From a virus (Duplodnaviria > Caudoviricetes), in the IMG/VR virus record IMGVR_UViG_3300032271_000563, positions 1-52,850 of that record: DNA of 52,850 bases; one strand, given 5' to 3'. How positions within the stretch are numbered: position 1 is the stretch's first letter; each line of letters opens with the position of its first letter. Position numbers and translations under genes: made by a program. The notes under the pieces are model-generated. The model saw only the letters and a list, made by a program, of their open reading frames with translations, had not been told where the DNA came from and made no database searches. This document shows, in pieces, positions 47,038-52,850 of this stretch.

Positions 47038-48768
47038 ATGGCAACAGTACAAGTACCTGGTGTAGGAAACGTCACTTTTGCTGACGATATGCCTCAGTCT
47101 GAGGTGTTAAAGGTTATACAAGATTTTCAAGCGGCAAACAAAGCCCCTGCAACTGAAGGAGGAGCCGCTACAGGCGTTTATCCTCAGATGACAGGGCGTA
47201 GGTCCCAACAGGACCCAGAACGCGCTAAAAACATCCCTCAAGCGCTTTTGGAGGCTGGTGCCGCAGGTGTAGGTTCTATCCCTGCCGCAATTATGCAAAT
47301 CATGGGTTCTGATGCTGGCAATCAAATGGTCAACAAGGTCAAGCAACATGCGTCGGATATTTCTTATCCTGCTGTTTCTGAGATTGGTTCAGCCGCGGGC
47401 CAAATGATGGGGCTTGGAGCACCTGTAGCAGGGACCATGAAACTTGCTAGCAAAATTCCTTATGCAGGGGCCTCTGAGCTACTCAAAGGTGGCGTGGGTG
47501 GGATGACCGCGGGCATGTTGACGCCCACTAAAGACACTGAAAATTATGGGCAATTTGTTGAAGAAAAAATGAATCAACTGCCCCAGGCTACTTTGAGTGG
47601 TGCATTGTTAAATAAGCTAACTCAGATGACCATGAACCCCAAGGTTTCCCCTGACGTTAAAAAGTTGATGGATTTGGGTATGACCAAATTCACTCCTGGC
47701 CAACTTATGAGCGATGTAAATGTCCTGGGTGTACCTGTTGGAAAAGGGCTACAAACGGCTGAAAAAAGCGCCACCAGCGTACCATTTTTGGGTGACATCA
47801 TTGGTAATGGTTTGCGTACTTCATTCAAAGATTTCAACAAAGCTATGGCCAACAAAGCTTTGGAGCCTTTGGGCATCAAAGTTCCCAAAAATGTTGCTGA
47901 AGGCGAGGCAACAAATACATTTATTCAACAGCAAATTGATGATGCCTATACTTTAGCCAGGAACAACGCCATGTTCAGATCAAATGCTATAGACAATCAT
48001 GGCAGGGACGTTGCTAAAAGGCTTGAAGATTTGGCTGACCTAATTAAACCAGTGGCTGGTTCGTTGGCCAAAGAATTCAATTCAAAAATCAAATCTGATT
48101 TGTTGGAGCCATTGCGTGGACCATTTAAGATTGTCAGTGGTGATACATTCAGGCAATTAGAGGAGCAATTGGGCGCCTTGGCCACAGATGGTTATGCAAA
48201 GAATGCTACCCTGGGCGGTGCTTATGAAAAGATGCTCAAAGCATTGCGGCAAGAACTTGCCAACCAAAACCCAGATGTTGCTGATTATTTAAAGAAAACG
48301 CACGAAGTATTTAAGAATTCAAAAGTAATTTCTACAGCAAGCGGTAGACGTCCAAACATAGAAGGTATATTTAACCCTGAACAATTCAGCAGTGCGGTCA
48401 AAGCCAGCGCTGGTGCAAAACAAACATCCCAGGGTATGGGAAGGTTCATGGACGAGGCCAAAGCGGCCACCAACGTGCTGGGTAACAGCGTACCCAATTC
48501 AGGTACAGCAGGCCGTGCAATGGTGGGTGCTGGTTTATTGGGGGGTGCCACTGCCATGCCCATGCTTGGACCACTCGCGGCAAAGAGCCTGGTTGCTGGT
48601 GCCGCATACTCTCCATTGGGTATGAGGGTGTTGACCAACATGGCCACCAAGCGCCCAGAAATGATGAAAAAACTTCAACCCGCAGTTTCGGCTGGGCTTA
48701 CAGGATTAGGCGGAAGTCAAGGGGCCATGGCGGCATCGCCACAGCCTGAACTTGATATGCCACAGTAA
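47038..48768 (+). CDS. putative internal virion/ejection protein
   Basis: VPGVGNVTFADDM start; TPGQL; VPNSGTAGR; last gene of late operon. Confidence 0.55.
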   Translation: MATVQVPGVGNVTFADDMPQSEVLKVIQDFQAANKAPATEGGAATGVYPQMTGRRSQQDPERAKNIPQALLEAGAAGVGSIPAAIMQIMGSDAGNQMVNKVKQHASDISYPAVSEIGSAAGQMMGLGAPVAGTMKLASKIPYAGASELLKGGVGGMTAGMLTPTKDTENYGQFVEEKMNQLPQATLSGALLNKLTQMTMNPKVSPDVKKLMDLGMTKFTPGQLMSDVNVLGVPVGKGLQTAEKSATSVPFLGDIIGNGLRTSFKDFNKAMANKALEPLGIKVPKNVAEGEATNTFIQQQIDDAYTLARNNAMFRSNAIDNHGRDVAKRLEDLADLIKPVAGSLAKEFNSKIKSDLLEPLRGPFKIVSGDTFRQLEEQLGALATDGYAKNATLGGAYEKMLKALRQELANQNPDVADYLKKTHEVFKNSKVISTASGRRPNIEGIFNPEQFSSAVKASAGAKQTSQGMGRFMDEAKAATNVLGNSVPNSGTAGRAMVGAGLLGGATAMPMLGPLAAKSLVAGAAYSPLGMRVLTNMATKRPEMMKKLQPAVSAGLTGLGGSQGAMAASPQPELDMPQ

Positions 48769-48801
48769 TCTCTTGCGGTTGCCATATTGCAGAGAGACTT
48801 T

Positions 48802-48828
48802 GGGGGGGTTTCGGCCCCCCCGTTTTTT
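48802..48828 (+). terminator. terminator between convergent operons
   Basis: G7-TTTCGG-C7 then T6; preceded by a second hairpin at about 48769-48797. Confidence 0.8.
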
Positions 48829-49054
48829 AAACCAAATACTCGAATGCTTTTTTGTCCAGCATTTCGTCAAAGCTTTCCATTTCTAAACGGTTTCTAGGGT
48901 CCGTATTGAATGAAATGGTTTTGGCGTAATCCCTGACAAAAGCGTATCGTTGTGCATCTTTTAATGATTTTTTAACGTGCTCAAGCAGGTGCGGCAAAAG
49001 AATATCGTCCCACCCTTGGCCTACAATTTCGTTGATAAAATCATCTGAAGTCAT
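48827..49054 (-). CDS. hypothetical protein
   Basis: KDAQRYAFVRD motif; coupled to upstream ORF. Confidence 0.65.
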   Translation of the reverse strand: MTSDDFINEIVGQGWDDILLPHLLEHVKKSLKDAQRYAFVRDYAKTISFNTDPRNRLEMESFDEMLDKKAFEYLV

Positions 49055-49281
49055 AGGGCGCCGCGCTTTTCCCTTAATGCTTTGGCCACTTCAGTGTTGA
49101 GTGTTTCTACATATTCAATGCAAAGCTCTCTTTCACGCCTGGCAATATCCATGGTGGCAACCATAATGACTTTGTCGGCAAAATCCAACAGTTCATCTAA
49201 GTCATACCCCTCAGGGTTGTCCATCTTGGATTGAAAGAAAATTTGCTTGACGTCGTTTTCTGATAAATATTCGTTCAACAT
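49051..49281 (-). CDS. hypothetical protein
   Basis: GAGG RBS; ATGA overlap. Confidence 0.7.
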   Translation of the reverse strand: MLNEYLSENDVKQIFFQSKMDNPEGYDLDELLDFADKVIMVATMDIARRERELCIEYVETLNTEVAKALREKRGAL

Positions 49282-49288
49282 GTTTACC

Positions 49289-50044
49289 TCACTTGTGTCC
49301 TGTTTTTGCCTGCCAATAAGCCAGCAATGAATTAAACATTAGCCAACCACGTTTTAACTCCTCCTCTGGCCACTCAATGACCTTGACAAGGCCAGGATCG
49401 GTCACAGAGACATAAACATTCGCGCACCTGGCATTGGGTAGTCCAAGACCAATACGGTATGCCGCAAGCTGTAAAAGCTGGTCATCATATGCATCTACCT
49501 TGGATGGATCGGTAAATTCTTTTGTTTTAAAGTCAATTACCACCCCATTGCCACCCTTAGAGTGCAGGTCCACCTTACCGCCAAAGCCCAACTCATGGCA
49601 AAAGCTTTTCTCAACGGACCACTCTGGGGTACCAAAGACTTCCACAACCGCCTTGTCCACCCCATTTTGGTAGTCCATGAAGTCAGCCAGGGAAACTCCC
49701 TCATAAAAGCTTTCTAATGCTCCATGAATGATGGTGCCCCGTTCTGCCGCTTTTTTACCCTGCTCTTTGGAATCTTTGATAATTCGCTCAATAAAACGCT
49801 CTTCTGTCTCTCCCTCTACTTTTGGTAGGGTTAGGCAGGCATACATCATTTGATTGAGTTTCCAAAGCTCTAAAGCGGGCTTGGCGGCCACAGAAAGGAT
49901 GGTGGTAACCGAAGGTACCAGGTTTAATTTCCGTGCGTCACGGAGCGTTGTAGCCCGTTGTTCACCGTTTTTAGCGGTAACAGTGTAAGCAGGCTGGCCT
50001 GCCCTGTCGTACCAATGTTGTGATTCTGATGCTCTTACTATCAT
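49289..50044 (-). CDS. PD-(D/E)XK (Cas4/RecB-like) exonuclease
   Basis: PSVTTIL, RGTIIH, E..F, GKVDL, IDFKT, QLAAY; start taken at ATG 50044. Confidence 0.85.
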   Translation of the reverse strand: MIVRASESQHWYDRAGQPAYTVTAKNGEQRATTLRDARKLNLVPSVTTILSVAAKPALELWKLNQMMYACLTLPKVEGETEERFIERIIKDSKEQGKKAAERGTIIHGALESFYEGVSLADFMDYQNGVDKAVVEVFGTPEWSVEKSFCHELGFGGKVDLHSKGGNGVVIDFKTKEFTDPSKVDAYDDQLLQLAAYRIGLGLPNARCANVYVSVTDPGLVKVIEWPEEELKRGWLMFNSLLAYWQAKTGHK

Positions 50045-50051
50045 GGTTGCC

Positions 50052-50387
50052 TTAAAAAAGTTCAAATTGTTTTACTTTTGGGTTAATTTTTCTAAATTCA
50101 AAGAAGTCTTTGGCCTCTGGGTGAATCAAGACAAACAACCTACTGAGATAGGGAATGCTGTTGCTGTTGATTTTCCACGTGCCGCCCTTTTCACTTATGG
50201 TGGAATGGTGCCGTAAAAATTCAACAATTGTTCTTGCAGAGTAATGGTTCCGCCCCCTTGCTCTGATGTTTTGCGCCTCACGCTCGAAGGCGTACCAAAT
50301 GTGCATGTTGTCCCCAAGCCAGTCTTCAAAGTCAATTACAAACTGGCCTGGGTTATCTCGAACAATTTTTAATATGTCCATGGTCAA
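50052..50387 (-). CDS. conserved phage hypothetical protein
   Basis: HYSARTIVEFLR...WKIN...YLSRLF...FFEFR. Confidence 0.7.
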   Translation of the reverse strand: MTMDILKIVRDNPGQFVIDFEDWLGDNMHIWYAFEREAQNIRARGRNHYSARTIVEFLRHHSTISEKGGTWKINSNSIPYLSRLFVLIHPEAKDFFEFRKINPKVKQFELF

Positions 50388-51016
50388 AAAGGTATATCGT
50401 CATCCATTTCTTCAATGGACGGGGTGCTCTTTACGCCGCTTGAATTACGCATAGCCCATTCTGGTGAACTGGTAATTTTCTCTTTTAAACCCTGGCCAAA
50501 TGTCTCAAACAAAGCCATGTCGGGCTCCGTAATCATAAACAGGTGGTTGGGGTTAAATGGCTTGGGTAAGCCTGCCTGCTTGATCAATGAGGGCACTGGA
50601 GAGATTGTGGCCACGTTTGCGTAGGTTTTGCCGCCTGACTCTCTGTGAATGACGTTAAGCATACAGTAGGCGCCCAAGATTGTTTTCAAATCAAAGCGCC
50701 TGGCCTCGGCATCCGTCCAGGGTTTATTTCTCCAGGATTGCAAGTCTTTACGCAAGTTGGCATTCTCAGACCAGCTTAACGTGTAGTTCTTCCAAATTGC
50801 CATGGGCTTACCGTCATCAGTAAGTAGGGGTGCTCCGCTGTCATCCTCACCAAACAACTCCCAGTAAACCGTGATCTTGCGCTGGACCTTGACTTCACCC
50901 ATGTACTCGGAACGCTGACTACCCAAATCAACTATGCGGTAGCAACGGCCCAAATGGGAACCTGTTGGTACATTTTTAAAATTACGTTCTTGATTGCTTT
51001 CTACGTAAAAACTCAT
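50384..51016 (-). CDS. single-stranded DNA-binding protein (phage type)
   Basis: AAGGAG RBS; acidic C-terminal DDDIPF; next to exonuclease. Confidence 0.75.
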   Translation of the reverse strand: MSFYVESNQERNFKNVPTGSHLGRCYRIVDLGSQRSEYMGEVKVQRKITVYWELFGEDDSGAPLLTDDGKPMAIWKNYTLSWSENANLRKDLQSWRNKPWTDAEARRFDLKTILGAYCMLNVIHRESGGKTYANVATISPVPSLIKQAGLPKPFNPNHLFMITEPDMALFETFGQGLKEKITSSPEWAMRNSSGVKSTPSIEEMDDDIPF

Positions 51017-51123
51017 TTTGTTTCTCCTTGTTGTTTCAATAATTGTTCAATTAACCACTTGTCATATTCACCTGTTTTTTCTACTTCTTTTTGCCATTCC
51101 TTGTATTCATCTTGATGTTCCAT
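51013..51123 (-). CDS. 36-aa peptide (not in ORF track)
   Basis: AAGGA RBS; MEHQDEYKEWQ...QQGETK; ATGA overlap with the SSB start. Confidence 0.6.
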   Translation of the reverse strand: MEHQDEYKEWQKEVEKTGEYDKWLIEQLLKQQGETK

Positions 51124-51139
51124 TGTGTTTCCTTAAATT

Positions 51140-51523
51140 TTATAAAAGCTTTTCTGTTTCTTCCTGTAACGGAACTCTTCTAAATACTTCCAATCCCATA
51201 GACGTCATGTGGGTGGTAACTATACCAGCACCATACAACTCACAGCCTACAGTGGATGCAATGCTTTGTATGTCTTTGGGTTCAAATTCACCGTAAGGAA
51301 TTAATTTAATTTGTTTTTCCTGCAAGGTTAAAAGGTGTGGTTTTACTATGCTGGTTAACAATCCACGGGGATATTTAAATTCTTTTTTTGGCGGCAGAAT
51401 TTGCAAATCACCATGTGTATCACCATCTGGATCAATCACACAATATTTGCAATTTAAAGAGTTAAGCATTCTTAAAGCTTTAATAAATTCTTTTTTGGCA
51501 ATTTCCTGCATCATGGCCTCCAA
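51140..51523 (-). CDS. hypothetical protein
   Basis: ORF in leftward operon; true start possibly 51514 or 51511 after GGAGG. Confidence 0.65.
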   Translation of the reverse strand: MEAMMQEIAKKEFIKALRMLNSLNCKYCVIDPDGDTHGDLQILPPKKEFKYPRGLLTSIVKPHLLTLQEKQIKLIPYGEFEPKDIQSIASTVGCELYGAGIVTTHMTSMGLEVFRRVPLQEETEKLL

Positions 51524-51729
51524 ACAAAAAAGTCTAAGAGCATGACAACCACAGCAACAAAGTAAACAGCAACTAAAACTTTTTCAATTAAAGGTTGTTT
51601 TTGTTTGTTAGATTGACCAAGCAAAAAATCTTGAATGGTTTCTTCATCTTTGCTCATGGGCTTGGCTGGGGGTATGTACCCACCGCCGATTTTTATACCA
51701 GTACTGGTAACGTGATATTCTTTTTCCAA
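51511..51729 (-). CDS. small protein with C-terminal TM helix
   Basis: GGAG RBS, TTG start; VLVAVYFVAVVVMLLDFFVW. Confidence 0.6.
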   Translation of the reverse strand: MEKEYHVTSTGIKIGGGYIPPAKPMSKDEETIQDFLLGQSNKQKQPLIEKVLVAVYFVAVVVMLLDFFVWRP

Positions 51730-51765
51730 TTGTGTTCTCCATTAAACGGCATATACCGCACAAGA

Positions 51766-51794
51766 ATTTTATGTTTGTTTTAACTTTTAGTAAA
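51766..51794 (-). promoter_or_regulatory. leftward promoter with operator-like site
   Basis: TTTACT-17-TAAAAT on minus strand; TTAAC-N5-GTAAA at 51780-51794. Confidence 0.6.
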
Positions 51795-51818
51795 TATATT
51801 GTTGACTGGATTGTAGGG

Positions 51819-51847
51819 TTGTTCTTAATCATAAGTTAATGTACAAT
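51819..51847 (+). promoter_or_regulatory. rightward promoter with operator-like site
   Basis: TTGTTC-17-TACAAT; TTAAT-N5-GTTAA at 51825-51839 in the spacer. Confidence 0.6.
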
Positions 51848-51852
51848 CGATT

Positions 51853-52136
51853 GGTTGGTGAAAGCAGATGTTAAGCTGAGAAGATGAAAACTCATTCTTG
51901 ATGGAGCGAGTAGCCAACCCCAAGAAGTGTAGAGATTGGTGGGTATGAAGTCGGTCAACGGCGCTCTGAACTGCAACGTCTGGCCAGCCAGTTGTAGTTA
52001 ACGCTTTCATCCCGATGCTCCACGGGGGTCATGTCCTCAAACAGTCTCTACTCTTGTTGGCGAAACGGGTTAGTGCCGTGGCAAGAAGATATTAAAGAGT
52101 GTTGTTATGCCGCCCCTGCTTTATGGGAGCGCCAAC
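51853..52136 (+). ncRNA. three abutting structured RNA domains (leader or sRNA precursor)
   Basis: closing stems GGTTGGT/GCCAACC, GTAGAGATTG/CAGTCTCTAC, GTTGGCG/CGCCAAC, each with internal helices. Confidence 0.55.
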
Positions 52137-52156
52137 ATTTAACAAGGAATGATTGA

Positions 52157-52363
52157 ATGAAATTGAAAGAATATTTTGCTGAAGAGCCCCTGGGGGCCAT
52201 CAACGAAATGGCGAATCACCTAGGTATTACTCCATCATGGATGTCACTGTTGATCCATGGCCACAGAGTACCCAGCCCCAAGCTTGCTGTTGCAATTGAG
52301 TTTGCTACACAAGGTTTGGTTACCAGGAAAGTGTTGCGTCCAGATATTTTTTCTGTAGAATAA
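52157..52363 (+). CDS. Cro/YdaS-like HTH regulator
   Basis: MANHLGITPSWMS HTH; AVAIEFATQGLVTRKVLRPDIF signature. Confidence 0.85.
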   Translation: MKLKEYFAEEPLGAINEMANHLGITPSWMSLLIHGHRVPSPKLAVAIEFATQGLVTRKVLRPDIFSVE

Positions 52364-52368
52364 ATTTA

Positions 52369-52437
52369 GAACATGGCTAGGGTAGCTCCCGAAAAGACGA
52401 TTCGTTACCGTCCTGCCAATGTTTTTTCCAGTAACGA
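52369..52437 (+). ncRNA. c4-like three-way-junction RNA with downstream complementary site
   Basis: AACATGGC/GCCAATGTT closing stem; GGG-TAGCT-CCC and GACG-loop-CGTC arms; loop TCGTTAC complementary to GTAACGA at 52431-52437. Confidence 0.55.
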
Positions 52438-52460
52438 TGACCGAAAAACGTAAGGTTGTT

Positions 52461-52850
52461 ATGCATTATTACCAGTTCAATATTGGTGACTATCAAAGTC
52501 ACACTGCTCATTTATCCCTTGAAGAAGATTTAGCTTATAGGCGCCTGCTCGATTGGTGTTATTTGCATGAGCGGCCGTTGCCGAAAGACCACAAACAGAT
52601 TGCCAGATTGATTCGTATGCCAACGCATAGCGAATGCATTGCCATTGTTTTGCTAGAGTTTTTTCAAGAGACTGATGAGGGTTACTTTTCCACCAGGGTA
52701 GAACAAGAGGTACAGAGGGTAAACGATAAGGCAGAAAAAGCCCGTTGTTCTGCAAGGAAAAGATGGGATGCGAACGCATTGCAAACGCAATCCAAAAGCA
52801 ATGCTACCCAAGACACAATACCCAAGACACATAACACAATACCCATTAGA
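52461..52850 (+). CDS. DUF1376/YdaU-like replication initiator, N-terminal part (runs off window)
   Basis: MHYYQFNIGDY...HLSLEEDLAYRRLLD; TAAGG RBS; no stop before window end. Confidence 0.8.
   Translation, partial: MHYYQFNIGDYQSHTAHLSLEEDLAYRRLLDWCYLHERPLPKDHKQIARLIRMPTHSECIAIVLLEFFQETDEGYFSTRVEQEVQRVNDKAEKARCSARKRWDANALQTQSKSNATQDTIPKTHNTIPIR
52768..52847 (+). repeat. iteron-like 11-bp and 7-bp periodic repeats (putative origin)
   Basis: ATGCGAACGCA/TTGCAAACGCA/ATCCAAAAGCA, then ACCCAAG/ACACAAT units. Confidence 0.55.

Noticed and set aside
49289-50044. cas4 as part of a CRISPR-Cas system
   Set aside because: Lacks the Cys cluster and cas neighbours; SSB context indicates a recombination exonuclease
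52010-52070. HDV-like ribozyme (TCCTC and GGCGAA words)
   Set aside because: Could not build the nested double pseudoknot by eye
52056-52136. tRNA gene
   Set aside because: Cloverleaf-like, but no TTC T-loop, no 7-nt anticodon loop and no 3' CCA
1-52850. Prophage boundaries, att sites or terminal repeats
   Set aside because: No integrase, host genes or end redundancy seen; the window ends inside a phage gene, so lifestyle cannot be determined

Overview
The window is most of the genome of a tailed dsDNA phage with P22/podovirus-like organisation. A Proteobacterial host is inferred, not shown. On the + strand, in order: the end of an early/nin-like region with small ORFs and a DUF932 gene (1-3746); terminase small and large subunits; a 2052-aa multi-domain protein; portal; GroES-like co-chaperonin; scaffold; capsid genes; neck, fibre and glycine-rich virion proteins; an embedded lysis cassette; tail adaptor/nozzle; and large ejection-type proteins ending at 48768. 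A convergent leftward operon carries a PD-(D/E)XK nuclease and an SSB. It is followed by a divergent control region, a Cro/YdaS-like gene and a truncated DUF1376-like replication gene. I saw no integrase, cI repressor, tRNA, CRISPR array or reverse transcriptase. The most notable signals: (1) a recurring hydrophobic-x-x-Gly-Gly peptide tag in at least five late proteins; (2) a -1 frameshift signal in the tag-repeat gene whose two frames both encode the tag; (3) a second -1 frameshift signal in the lysis cassette that adds a transmembrane tail; (4) a TTAAC-N5-GTTAA operator at five predicted promoters; (5) structured RNA elements where a repressor gene would normally lie. All family assignments come from motif recognition by eye, with no database search.
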